Positions 11,774-23,658 of a stretch of 64,000 nt of DNA are shown here, piece by piece. The position numbers and the translations under genes are program-made. The notes under the pieces were generated by a model. That model worked only from the letters and a program-made list of their open reading frames with translations, was not told the DNA's origin and made no database searches. This DNA comes from Zygnema circumcarinatum SAG 698-1b (lineage: Eukaryota > Plantae > Zygnematophyceae), in assembly GCA_037447605.1 (NCBI GenBank), contig CM074806.1, forward strand, positions 2,604,001 through 2,668,000. The letters run 5' to 3'. Positions within the stretch are counted from its first letter, which is position 1, and each line of letters starts with the position of its first letter.

Positions 11774-14182
11774 TCCCTCGCGCCTTTTTGCGCCCCATGT
11801 GAAAAAGGATCAAAAGGTACCGTACGGCGGTCTCACTGTCCAAGTTTGTTGCCGGCCAAGGCGCTTTTCCGCCGGCCGATAACGGCAGCCGGCTAGCTAG
11901 ACGTGGCGCACGGCGACTGGCGGATGCGTTCGTTTTTGCAGTCTCTCCAGATTCCCGCGGAAAAAAAAAGCGATCGCCACGGACGGCTCAGATCCGCGCG
12001 AGGCGCCGCATCCCCCGCGGCCCGTCCGCCCGCCTGCCCGCCCCCCCTCCGCCCTCCGGGCAGCGGAGCACGCAGTCGGCCGCGGGCAGCGCGAAAAGCG
12101 ACCGCGGCGTGCAATCGCGGCCGTACGGTGGCAGGGCGGAGGAGCGTGTCAGGATCGCCGGGCGGCAAATTCCTCCGCCGCTTTTGACCGCACGTGCTCG
12201 CAGGCAGCCGCTCGCCGCCGCGCGGAGAAGGGCCCGCCCGCGGGCGGGCGGGCGGCGGGGCCCGACACCCGAGTCGTCGCAGATCTTTGTTCGCCTCGCG
12301 CCAAGTGTTTTTTGTCGTCGCCGTTCTGTCCTATCGGCCGTACGTCCGGGGCAGTGCGACGTTTTCGGTATGGACGCCTCGCTCGGCGTGGAGCCAGGCG
12401 GGTGGCTGACGGGCTGCCCGTGGAGTACGGGCAAGCAGAGAAAGGTCCGTGGCGCTGCCGTCATTGGGCACGGGATCGTTCGACAAAAGCGAGCGCCGGG
12501 CGGCGCCTTATGGAACGGGCGAGCGGGACGGGCGGGATATGATCCGCCTCGCGCTGATCGTTCCGTACGGACACCCTCGGCCGTTGCGCACGCGAGCCGT
12601 ACAGTACCTCCCCCTAATATTTTCCACCCGAGTACTTTCGTTACCCAAGAAATTCGCCCTGATTTGGAGGAAACCACCATTAGTACGGTAAGTCTGTGTT
12701 AATGTAATAGGGGTGTTAACCTAACCGGACCTATTTTTCAATACAAAATCTGTTAATCGTAACGGGTTTCGGACATGGGTCACGCTATTACGCTGTACTG
12801 TACATTCGAATAAAATATCTAAATCGTACGGTATATGTACAGAGCCAATCGGAGGTCGTGTAGTTAAGACTACGGCACCAATAGAAGCTCGCGACAGGGC
12901 CCGCCGGGCGGCCTTACGCCTCCGTACAGAGAGAAACAGTACGGCCGCGGGCCGGACTCTAACATAATACCGGCCGCTTATTGTTAATACGGACTTCCTT
13001 ATATTTTCAAATTCTAAGATTTTCGCCCAATATTTGCTGAAACCATGGGTACTGGGGTACTGTAACTGAACGGGGGCGGGCGGGCGGGCGGGCGGGCGGC
13101 AGCGGGCGGATATTTTTGGCAATCCGCACGCGCAGACGCGGCGAAGGGACGCGCCGTACGGCCTTCACGTGGGCGCGAGAGCTCGGCGGGTTGGCGGGCC
13201 GCTAGCCGACAAGCGAAGTCAATGTTGCGGCAATGTCCACTTGCGGGGACCTGGGCGGGCAGGCGTACGGACGAGGGAACGGGACGAGCTTGCTACGAGC
13301 GAACTGGATGCGCTGACGCGCTCTATCTCACTGTGCCGGTTGGGGACGCACGCTGTTCTATGAATGGCTCGATGTTCTCACCAGTTAGGGTCGTGCAGCA
13401 TAGAACAGTCTATGTGGTACATCTAGTTAATCTTGACGTTTCGTCCACGCGGCGGATCTGACGGCTGGCGTGGTTCCAATTCCAAATTTTGTCGCGACCC
13501 GCCGTGCGTCTGGGGGCCCACACGCGCCCCTCCGCACCGCCCGGGCGCGGCCCGATCGAGATGGGCACGAGCAGGTGCCAGGTGGCGGCCCCTCCGCGCC
13601 CCGGGCCCTTCGATTGTGCTGGCGTCACATGATGATGTCAAATCACTTTGTACTGTGCTGACGTGGTTCAACTTTGCTGATGTCACTCGCACAAACCTCG
13701 ACCCAACTGACAGGATCAACCTGAATTGGACTGACTTGCAACTTCAGAGACTCCGACATAAAGCCGGACGCTAGCGGTGCGTTTCCATGGTTCAACTTTT
13801 TCCATGTGGTTGGAGCTCTGGAGGCAGAAACTGGGGCAGGAGCCGCAGGACGTCATTCAACCTCCGTTCAACCACCTGCTGGACGGACTGCGAGTCTCGC
13901 ACGAGCCAACTGTTGGCAGGCGCATGGAGCCCGGCGGGGCACAAGGCGGGAGGGCGCCGGCGCGGTACCCGACAGGCAGTTTTGTACGGACGCGCGAACT
14001 GCGGCACGTGGGCCGGGCGCAACCGGCGAGGGCGGACTGCTGGCGCCATGTGCTGCCGCGGGCCGGGCGGTCTGCTTTGGCGTATCTGGGCTGGAACAGC
14101 TGGCGCCGACGGACAGGGAAGGCAGGACTGACGGGGACCTGCAGGCTTGCCGTACAACGACTTTCTCTTTGAAAAAAATATA

Positions 14183-14642
14183 GGGGAAGTGCTATTTACA
14201 CACCTTTTTCGCCGATCAGATTTTATTCAGAATATTATCGAGTTCAATGCCACTTTCGGCCCCGTTCTTATCGACTCAATTACTTCTGCAAGCAAGTCCT
14301 TGAGTTGTGCCCTGTTTTACCGCAGAGTCCGCATTGGGTCTCTGTCCACCATCCACTGCTCACGAATGTCCTGTAAACGAATTGGAGTCGCGGTTTCCAG
14401 ACAGCCCCGAGTGCCCGCCCGGCTGCTCCTCATGGCCCCCCTTTCCAGAGAGCTTTCACTGTCCCAGCAGCTCGTCCACAGCGAAATCGGAGACCTTGTA
14501 GATCAGATAGATTCTTGAAGCAGTGGTGGTTGCAACGATGCGCCAGATGCTGCTTCTGCTGCTTAGCGTTTTTTGTGAATAAAATCTGACCGGCGAAAGA
14601 AGGTGTGTATCTAGCCAAAAAAGATTTATAACTAGCATTTTC
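14183..14642 (-). mobile_element. Non-autonomous DNA transposon derivative with imperfect ~50-bp TIRs, carrying a degenerate CCHC zinc-knuckle coding remnant (14280-14336, minus)
   Basis: GGGGAAGTGCTATTTACACACCTTTTTCGCCGATCAGATTTTATTCA pairs with TGAATAAAATCTGACCGGCGAAAGAAGGTGTGTA...AGCATTTTCC. Internal minus frame reads TQCGLCGKTGHNSRTCLQK*. Subterminal sequence resembles the 7886-8378 MITE and 24770-24810. Confidence 0.7.
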
Positions 14643-15054
14643 CTAAGGAAAATGTGCAAAGCAAAAAGGAAAAAAAAATGGTTGCACCAATCACGCCAAG
14701 TTACCTTGCCGACGTAGGATCACGACTCTGAGATAGCCGTACGAGTGCCAGGTGCTCACCCGGGCGGGCTCGTACGGCAGGTCACGGCGCGCTGCGCTTC
14801 GTACGGTCGCGTCCTGACGGTTGTTCGTACAGTAGCGCAGCTTCTTGGAAACAGCGTGCTTACGTCAAGTTCCATAGCCATGACTGCGGCAGGGCCGTAC
14901 AGGTACCGAATGAACCTCCCTCCGTGGCCATGGCGGTCCGTCTCCCCCACAGCGACCCCGCCATGCAGCGACGCCGTACGGTACGGTACCTCGCTCGGCC
15001 TCCGTCCACACTGAGTCCAGTCTCTCTCGGCCAGTCCGTGCGGTATGTAGGGCC

Positions 15055-15085
<31 letters not shown>

Positions 15086-15127
15086 GCCGACTTCGTTTTT
15101 TTATTCGTTGCAACAGGCGACTCAGGT

Positions 15128-15237
15128 CACAACACAAAAGGAAGTGGCATTGATCTCACGCTGGCGAGGCCATCAAATGTACATGAACAAAATCATCATG
15201 GGGAACCACGAGGAACTGGTCGCAAAGAACCTGAGTG
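15128..15237 (-). mobile_element. Copy B of SINE-like repeat, flanked by a possible 7-bp TSD CTCAGGT
   Basis: Core GGCATTGATCTCACGCTGGCGAGGCCATCAAATGTACATG. CTCAGGT occurs at 15121-15127 and 15238-15244. Confidence 0.6.
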
Positions 15238-15557
15238 CTCAGGTTCTTTCTATTCCTTGAAAAGAGAACATTACATTTTGGCGGACAGCATGCTTACGGT
15301 TGTTACTTCTCTTCAACCCAAAGAACGAGGAAGCGTACATTCCGTTCAACCGTCTCTACTCGCAATGCACGGCTTACACCATGCCAAGAATAAATTACAA
15401 GAAAATCTGTTGGCAGCGTACAGAGGATATTTTCTCCACGTTCAAATTGGCCCTCTACACAAGAATAATACCTAGCCCCTTCCTTATGGACAGTACACTC
15501 TGACGTAAACTTTACACTCTGCAGTTGACACAAGGAAATGTGTGTCGAGCTGTCAGT

Positions 15558-18500
15558 TCAGTCGTCATCATGGTCGATGCTGACAGGGACGAGTCCCTCA
15601 GTGGAGGAGAGCCGCATGAGACTTGCAAGCTTAATAGCAGCTCGCACTTGCATCCATTTTTTGCCCTTTGCAAGTTGGGGGTAGGGCGTGGACGGAGGAG
15701 GGTGCATCTTCTTCTTTCCCTCCGCCTTTGCAGCTCTCCGCTCCTCCTCTGTCAATGCGAGCTTCAGCTTTCGCTTGTCCACCTGATTTCGTACGAATGT
15801 GAGAAACAAGTCTGGAAAGTGGGGCAGCCGCTCGTACCCCGGCAAGTAGTTGATATCCACCACATAGTACCTGCAAGGCCCGCGAACATCAACAGATCGA
15901 CTTCGAAGCTGAGCGAGAGAATATCATGCAATGCTTCACATGCAACACAATGTGCGCGCTTTCATCTTACAATGCAAAAAAGCGACACAAGAAACGGAAC
16001 GACACGAAATCTGTCACCTATTCTTGCATCCATCTTCTCGCAGAACATCAACGTTGAAAGTCTGCAAGCCCAAGCGCTTCCGCAGCTCCAAGCCGAGAGC
16101 CTGCATGAGCTCGGGGGGGGGGTCCACCACCCGCCCATCATTCATCTCTTCTTCCGTCATGTGAACGTTGGAGATTCGGTTGAACTCAACCAAACCTGCG
16201 CCCTGCATATGCGGCAGAACACTTCTGAATGGGACCGCTTTCTGGATTGGACAGCGGTATCCAAAAAACATAACAATCGCAGGACTTGAATGCTAAGTTC
16301 TACAAATTGAACAGCGCTCGGTTTCAGGTTCAGGCTTCTGTCAAGATAAGACTCTTCTAGCTTCATCCGTATCAGCTTTAAAACTAGAATCTCATGACTT
16401 GACTTGCAGAAATTCTAGGAGGTTAGTGCCAACCAATTTCTGTATAAAAATGAAGGCAACAAATTCATGTTTCATGCATCCATAAAGCAGCGAAAAATGT
16501 CCAGAAAGTGCAAAACCGCGATAGGTAGATCAGCACAAACAAGAGCAGATGCACTGAATAGTTCCTGTTTATTTCGAGTTTTCCACTTCATCAAGCGACC
16601 GAAAGCTGAACTTGTGATGCAGTTCAGGATTCGGCATGGACCTGCTTGAGGGTGTCCTCCACAGACGTGCTATGAAGTGCATGCCCAGCTTCTGTTTCCT
16701 TCAGCTTTGGAGGCACCAACGATTTGCTTTCCTCAGTTTCTTCTGCCTCAGTCTCCTCTACAGTCGGAATATCTGGCAGAGACTGCCGCTTGAAAACCAT
16801 AGTGACATCACCCAGCACATAGAGCTTGAACAGAATGCCACCATGGTTCACAAACTCCTGCAGAAAGGAAAACAGAATGGACGATTATCTCAATAGTAGT
16901 CCTCGCCCAAGCATGCAGGATGGGTAGGAAGCAGAAGCCAAGCAGTGAAGCTGAGAGGAACAATTAACAAAAGAAAGAAAGAGGACGGAGAAGTCTGCGG
17001 TAGAAGCTAACAATGGAACTGAGACATCCGGTCTTATCACTGACAAAAACTTCTGCACAAACGAGATGAAGTTCTACAAGGGTAGGACATAACGCAGCAC
17101 CTGTAAGATCACCGGAGGTTCCAAACGGCTCAACGCACTTTTTGACACAACCAGACACAGTTGATGAGAGTTCACAGTTCCGTTGGCTGCAATGGGCTTT
17201 ACGACAAATGGGAGCTTAAGTCCATTCTCTGTTCCAGCCATCAACAGTCACACGACATGCCCCACAATCTCCAGCTTTCAGGACACTAAATCCTTACAGA
17301 ACGATGTGGTCGGCTGTGAAATGGACTCACTCATCCACGATGTTTCTGAGGTGATATTCTCTGATGATGCATTGAGAGCAAGCAGTCCTCAGTGAGGGCG
17401 TTGGTTTCCTTTACAATGCGTCACATCAGTGACCTATTGGTGGCCTGCATGCGTAGCAACATTCTGGAGAGGGTGGAGACACGTATGCGCCTTCTTATCA
17501 TCATCACTATCTCACTGTCTTTGAGAGTGCGGACCCATACGATACCTGCAACAATCTTCGCAATGTTTTTCGGATCAACTTCCGCCCCGATAGAGAACTG
17601 CTTTGGAACCTCGATTGGCGCCCCCAGTCTCGAGTCATCCATGTTCTCAACCACCTGCGACCCGGCCTGGGAACTGTCACTGCAGAACAGAAAAGGACCG
17701 TCTAATGCAGACCCCCGTATGCTTCTCATAGAACTCCGTGACTGTCAACATGCACAGTGAAACGCCTTAAGACTGACGGCCTTGACACATACTGGTCTGA
17801 TACTTCTCTCCCCTGCACTCCTTTTACCTCTCGCCCTCTCCTCTTTCTCTCTCTCTCTCTCTCTCGCTCTCAAACACACACTACTAGAAACAAGCAAGAT
17901 AATGGAAGTCGTCAGATTGACATCCAGCTTTTCCTTGGATGTGGATTTGGAAAACTGTGCGTTAATGAAAGAGAGAAAAATACAGAACTCGGCCTGGAAA
18001 TGGGATATTAATCCTTGACTTCTACTTGTTTGTTTTTACCTCGAGCATCTCTGTCCGATCATCAAGCCGATGTACCGCAGAATATTTGTCGATAATCACA
18101 ACTTCAGGATGAGCTGCCTCATACTCAGTTAGCTGACTTGCCCATTCGTCTCCCTGCATTGGAAAAATGACTGACCACTGCAGTGAGCCTCGGCCTATAG
18201 GTACTTCTCAAAGAGCACCACCATGAGTTAGTTTCCCAAGAGAGATTGTGGCTTTGTAGGAAAAAAAAATCTTTCTGCAACTGAGATCAGTGACACGGCA
18301 CTACATTATCTTCAGAATGGTACGAGTTTTAAACGATAAGAAATTTTTCCCTCTAGGTTGAACGCAAGGATCAATTTAATGCATACAATGCACCTGGGAC
18401 TACAGGCATCATGTTGCACAATACATCGTTAGCGTTATACAAGCGATTTCTACACACAGTAAGTTAGTTCCTTCTCCTCCTTTCGATTGACGCAAGACGG

Positions 18501-19194
18501 TCGTTGGGCAAAAGGAAAGGGGCCGTTGCTTCTACATCTGAATTCAGCAGCCTTTGTCAGCTGGATTGCGATCAAATTTACATATGCCACATGCCATATG
18601 CCATTTCCGTCTCTAGGCAACTCGTAACCAATTGTAAATATAGTACTAGAAATTAACGCGAACTCTAAAAATTACGATTCCACCAATGAAAAATGATGCT
18701 AGGTTCCTTTAAGTGGGAAAAATAAATAAACAAAGTATGATGTAGAACATTGGCTGATTGATGCGCCGACAATGCACATCACCGTATCCAAATGTTGTTC
18801 CTGCGCCTTTGGAGCTTCAGCAGATTGTGGGACCACAACCATTGCCGTTTCGGCACTCAAAGAAAACTCTCGGATCAAGCATCAGCTAATCCCAGAATCC
18901 AATAAATGCAGAAAACAGCGAACTCGACCCCCGGCACGGGAGCATAGTGAAGTTTAAAGTTCGAGAAAAAAATAAACCAAAAATCCAAGAACCTGGACCA
19001 TCAAACAAATGTACCTCCAGCTTGTGTATGAGCAGGTCAAAAGGTCCCTGTTCAGCAATGGACCGCGTCGGAGTGACGGAGACAAACTTGACGCTCTGCT
19101 CCTCCGCGGCCTGCAGAAGCTCCGGGGTGAAAAAGCTCTTCACCCTCTTCTCCCGCAGCGCGTAGCCCACTACGATGGGCGGAGGCGCGGCCAT
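15558..19194 (-). CDS. ITPK1: Inositol 1,3,4-trisphosphate 5/6-kinase / inositol-tetrakisphosphate 1-kinase (ATP-grasp), about 7 exons
   Basis: [15 protein letters not shown]...[10 protein letters not shown]; [22 protein letters not shown]; [20 protein letters not shown]; [17 protein letters not shown]...KRQSLPD; [13 protein letters not shown]; VDINYLPGY. These are the standard plant ITPK motifs in order. Confidence 0.95.
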
Positions 19195-19299
19195 GGCTCC
19201 CCCGCCTCCTCCCTCCCGCCTCCTCCTCCCGCACTTGCTTCCCCCTCCGCGCACTGCACAGGGCCGCCCCTCCAGGTTTGCGCCCTTCCCGCCAGTTTG

Positions 19300-19620
19300 T
19301 TGGTGACGTCACTCCCAGTGGTACGGAGGTACATCATGTACGGTAGGCAAATCAAACTTTTCGAGTTCAGCCCCCCTTTGGCACGTGACTCAACGCGTTT
19401 CTGATGCGCCACGTGTCACACAAATGGCGCGTGGTCACATGCCATTGGCTGTAATCGCCAGTACTGTCGCAATAGCGAAATCGTGTCCATTTTTAGAATA
19501 CTCCGTACCGTTTAGTACATGGAACAGTTGGGACGGTGAGGCAGAGGAGCGGTTGACCCGCTTGACCGGACCCGCAAACCAGACCAGAAACCGTCTTCAG
19601 GTTTGGGATGACGTCATGAA
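19300..19620. promoter_or_regulatory. Divergent promoter between ITPK and orphan gene copy 1 with four ACGT palindromes (GTGACGTCAC 19303-19312, CACGTG near 19382, CACGTG 19410-19415, ATGACGTCAT 19608-19617)
   Basis: Motifs read directly. These are G-box/C-box types bound by plant bZIPs (established); function here is inferred. Confidence 0.45.
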
Positions 19621-20854
19621 ACGTCATGAAGTCATCAGCCGGACGGATTGTAGCCCCTTATAGAGCTTTACTGCAATGAAGATTGGAAGCGAAGGGGGGT
19701 TGACAAGCAGGTCCAGAAGCTTAACCTCCTCTTCCCATGGTCAGGATGTAGGTAGAAGGTGCACCTGCTCATCATCTCTCTTCAGGTACGCTGTAGTTTC
19801 TTACCCTTTTTCGGGTCTGGACACATATTTTGCTTTCTGCATGTGCTAAAGCCAATCTACTTCGTGCCACCGTTTGTACACAGCCCTAAGAATTAGCTTT
19901 TCTGAAAGCGCAATTCTTGAAACTTCAGGACGGAAGTGCTGTGCACTTTGCCGACAGCTGCTGATGACGTTTAGCACTTCTGTTTATCCTGAAGGCTTAT
20001 TCGTGGTCCCTGTTTGAACGTGTAGTCCTTGGCGGCGGAGCAATCATATCTTATGTGTTTGCTTTGCGTCAGCCCTCAGAGGACTGAGATTTAGGGTATG
20101 AATAAGCTGCGCTTTGGTGACAGCTATATTGCTGGGCTAGTCAGCTGTATAGTAGCTTCAGGGCGTACATGCGAGCTCACTTTCGTGCCAAAACGTTATC
20201 AACCGGCGACTGCCCTTCTGTACTTTCTCTTGAACTCTGGGTATAGCTGTGGGAGAGCTGTCCATTGGTCATTCAGCAAGTGGAAGAAAATTGTCTAATT
20301 ACTTTTAGAGTTACATTATTCAGTGTCCGATTTAGGGAGGGGGGGGAAAACGGAGAGACAAAGAAGCCGCCCCTCACTTGACTTATCATAGAAGCTGCAG
20401 AGCTTTGTTTATGAATGACAGAGTTGTAAATTGCTGTTAAACGGGTGCGCGCCTTAAGTATCATTAGGTGTTATGTGCGTATGCACTACCTTCTATTGTG
20501 CACTTTTGCAGCTCCCTTGGCTGGTCTTTGTTTGCGAATGGCATTTGTTTTGTTCTGAAGGCTTGTGAAAGATAAACCACTCACCGTAGTGCTGAGTCCA
20601 TGCGTTTATATACATGTTCTTTTTCGCTTTTCACTGCTAACAAGTGCTTCATGATGAAATCTAGCATAGGCTTGTGGAAATCTTTGACGTTCTTTCATAC
20701 AGACTGGAGGTCGCCCTTGGCGACAGTTGGATCGCTGGAACTGGTGTAGCCCTCAGTCGTGTTCTCTGTTCGTTTTAACTATTCTCATTTATGTTCCGTG
20801 GTGAGGTGAAATATTCCAATATGTGTTTTTCGCTTTTTCTCCACTGCAGCTGTC

Positions 20855-21460
20855 ATGGGAAATACGCCAAGCTGGAGTGCGCAGTGCTTTCCTGATCGTC
20901 TAGAAGTGACGGTGGATTTGCGGCGATTCCATGCTGATCTCCCTTATGATTTTGAGGGCTTGGGTGGTAACTTCCACTTGCCTTTCGCGTTAGGACACCG
21001 AACTCTGCGCGTTGGTGACTTCATTGCACTCGCACAACAAGACGTTCCCGTATTGGGACGCGTTGAGGTGGATACTGAGAGGAGGAGAAAAGTTAACTCA
21101 GATCCGGGAAGTCAAACTGTTGATCGTTTGGTTGTGGGAGTTAGCCAGCCTCTCTTGAAGAGTGATTCAGATTGGAAAAAAATCAAGCGACTGGAGACAG
21201 ATATTGGGGCGGTCCTCGTGGAAGTTAGAGTTGTGAGCGATGTTGTCGGCATTTTGAAGATGGAAATGAAGCCGGGAAACTGGCTGCACAGGGGTGGGGC
21301 GTACCTTGTAGGACGGGCTGAGGGTTCTGTGGAGATCTATGTAAGGGGGAGATTTGAAACCCAACAAGATCGGACTAGTTCGCTATTGAATTCTGTCCTA
21401 CTTGGTGCATTAGGACTTGGATCACTGCTCCTCATGCGTCTGGTGAGATACTGTCGTTAA
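20855..21460 (+). CDS. Orphan 201-aa protein, copy 1; putative N-myristoylation (MGNTPS) and C-terminal hydrophobic tail
   Basis: Single coding exon just after an intron acceptor (CACTGCAG CTGTC ATG). ORF is intact in three diverged copies, and about 10 synonymous changes separate copies 1 and 2 in the first ~85 codons. Confidence 0.8.
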   Translation: MGNTPSWSAQCFPDRLEVTVDLRRFHADLPYDFEGLGGNFHLPFALGHRTLRVGDFIALAQQDVPVLGRVEVDTERRRKVNSDPGSQTVDRLVVGVSQPLLKSDSDWKKIKRLETDIGAVLVEVRVVSDVVGILKMEMKPGNWLHRGGAYLVGRAEGSVEIYVRGRFETQQDRTSSLLNSVLLGALGLGSLLLMRLVRYCR

Positions 21461-21605
21461 CCAGTATGAATTCCCGCAAGTTGACAGCCGCGTCGTGATT
21501 TTGTCTGGTAGAATTGTCTCCCTTCTCCCAAAACTCTTCTGTATAATATTGGTGTCGGCATACTGTCTGGCTTGTTGAAGCAATGTCAGACGGGTCGTCG
21601 ATGGG

Positions 21606-21914
21606 TCATTTCGGTGCAGGGGTGGTTTCTGGCGACTCCTCGACCGAATTCAAGACTCCCTTCTTTGCCTGCACCCCCGGGAGGTGGCCATCATAGAGTT
21701 CCACCTGGAGGCCTTGCCTGGGGAAGAGGGCATTCAGAAGACGTGACACCTCCAATTTATGGCTTGCACAGAGCTGGATAGGGTCTATAAGAAGGTCATG
21801 GTCCCTCTTATATACGTTTGCATCGAGGTTTTCTTTCGTTATTTCCTCATCGCTGAGAGTTCACGCTAGTTCCGAGGTCGTCAGCTCAAAGTCCAGCTGT
21901 CTGGGAGAGAGCTC
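21606..21914 (-). pseudogene. Last exon of an unrecognised gene ('gene X'), copy 1, with in-frame TGA at 21861-21863
   Basis: Acceptor TGTCTAG then ELSPRQLDFELTTSELA*TLSDEEITKENLDANVYKRDHDLLIDPIQLCASHKLEVSRLLNALFPRQGLQVELYDGHLPGVQAKKGVLNSVEESPETTPAPK*. The same frame is open in units 2 and 3. Confidence 0.6.
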
Positions 21915-22616
21915 CTAGACAGCTTGATCTACTTCTAGGGGTCAAGCTGGTCAGGAATAGTTGTACATATCGTACTGTGTGAGGAAGGATGACGGTTCTT
22001 ATAACAACTCTACCAACTTCAGGCTCTCATACTTTCAGGTTTTTCATTGCCCGTATCTGTACGTGACCTCGTCTCGGTTTCTGCTGACTTTATTGTGGAC
22101 GAGTTAGGTGATGTGATTACCTCTCATTCGTTCTGAAGGAAGCACGTTTCTACTCAGACGCACCATGTCCCTTTTCAATAATGTGATGCCCCACTTTAAT
22201 CAGCAATTGCAATGAATTACGTATGTGAAATAGCGCACGATAAATGGTTAAGCACAAGAAGGAGAAACAACCTTCCGCAACTGCATGGAAAGCTGGTGCA
22301 ATCGAAATTAAATATTGCATTAGCAAGTTGCTAACGAATGTAGATTTCAACATGTTGCACAGAACAATGGAAAATCGGTCAACGAGGCCGGGTGACGATT
22401 CTTGCAAGTGCGTGCACAACGCTGACAATTTTGCGAGCATATCCAAACCCTCATATCAATGCTACATAAAAAAGGAACTATTTTTTTTGAAAAACACAAA
22501 TTTGACGGACATCAGAAACAGGCAAGTTTATGATGAAGGCTAGACAAAACGAAAAAAGCACAGAACAAGGATCCTTCACATTAAGGCTTACAATTTTTTT
22601 TTACAAATGTCTGCAG

Positions 22617-22699
22617 AAAAGGGAAAATGGCATTGATCTCAGGATGGCGAGGCCATCAAATGTACATGGACGAAATCAGCATGGGGAACCACGAGGCAC
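22617..22699 (-). mobile_element. Copy C of SINE-like repeat, 83 bp, perfect 8-bp TSD GTCTGCAG; empty sites in the paralogous units
   Basis: GTCTGCAG at 22609-22616 and 22700-22707. Unit 2 (about 25132) and unit 3 (about 33555) have a single (G)A/TCTGCAG without the insert. Confidence 0.85.
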
Positions 22700-22826
22700 G
22701 TCTGCAGGCTCTCCTCATGTACAAATCGCTGAGCGTGCCGCCGAACTCAAGACATGACGTGACACCATGGCAGCTGCGTGGCACGAAGGGGGATAACTGA
22801 AAGGCTCCTTTCCCCGGGGAGGTGGT

Positions 22827-22943
22827 CTACTGTACGAACGTGAGCGGCTTCTTCAAGGCCTTCTGGATGTCTGGCGCGATGGTCAGGGGAGTCACAGTGG
22901 GCGCATAGCGCTGGAGAGGTATGCCCTCTTTACTGATCAAGAA
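22827..22943 (-). pseudogene. Duplicated GPX terminal exon, unit 1
   Basis: Acceptor TTGCGCAG then FLISKEGIPLQRYAPTVTPLTIAPDIQKALKKPLTFVQ*; near-identical to 33694-33810. Confidence 0.88.
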
Positions 22944-23658
22944 CTGCGCAATGCGAGAATGCAACCCACTGCCTCGGTCAGCCCTCATTCGTCATATCAG
23001 CTTCGAATTGTCTTTTAGAATCCATGATATGACACGATCACCGAGTACCTTAAATTCGCGTTTCCTCTGTTCATAACTCCCTAACTTATACGGATGGCCC
23101 AATACTCACAGATTCATTGGGATAGCAAGTCATGTGGCTGCGTGTAAAGTCACGTTTGGGGGGGAAACGAAGAGACAAGGAAGTCGCCCCTCACTTGACT
23201 TAATCATAGAAGCTGCAGAGTTTTCTTTATGAATGGCAGAGTTTTAAATCGCTGTTAAACGATTGCGTGCCTTAAGTATACTGATTAGGTGTTATGTGTG
23301 TATGAGCTACTTTCTATTCTGCACTTTTGCAGCTCCCTTGGCTGGTCTTTGTTTGCAACTAGCATTTGCTTTGTTCTGAAGGCTTGTGAAGGACGAACCA
23401 CTCACCATAGTGCTGAGTTCATGTGTTTATGTACATCTTATTTTCGCTTTTCACTGCTAACAAGTGCTTCATGATGAAACTAGCGGCCTTGCGGAAATCT
23501 TTGACGTTCTCTCATACAGACTGGAGGTCGCCCTTGGCGACAGTTGGATCGCTGGAACTGGTGTAGCCCTCAGTCGTGTTCTCTGTTCGTTTTTATGTTC
23601 CGGGATGAAGTGAAATATTCCAATATGTGTTTTTCGCTTTTTCTCCACTGCAGCTGTC

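Noticed and set aside
12708-12730. TAGGGGTGTTAACC hAT-like terminus
   Set aside because: No matching inverted end found.
11893-14183. Many overlapping Arg/Pro/Gly-rich ORFs
   Set aside because: Expected from very high GC; no motifs or splice support.
21861-21863. In-frame TGA in gene X near GPX fragments as possible selenocysteine
   Set aside because: No redox-motif context and no SECIS recognised. A CGA-to-TGA CpG transition is simpler, and the GPX itself uses Cys.
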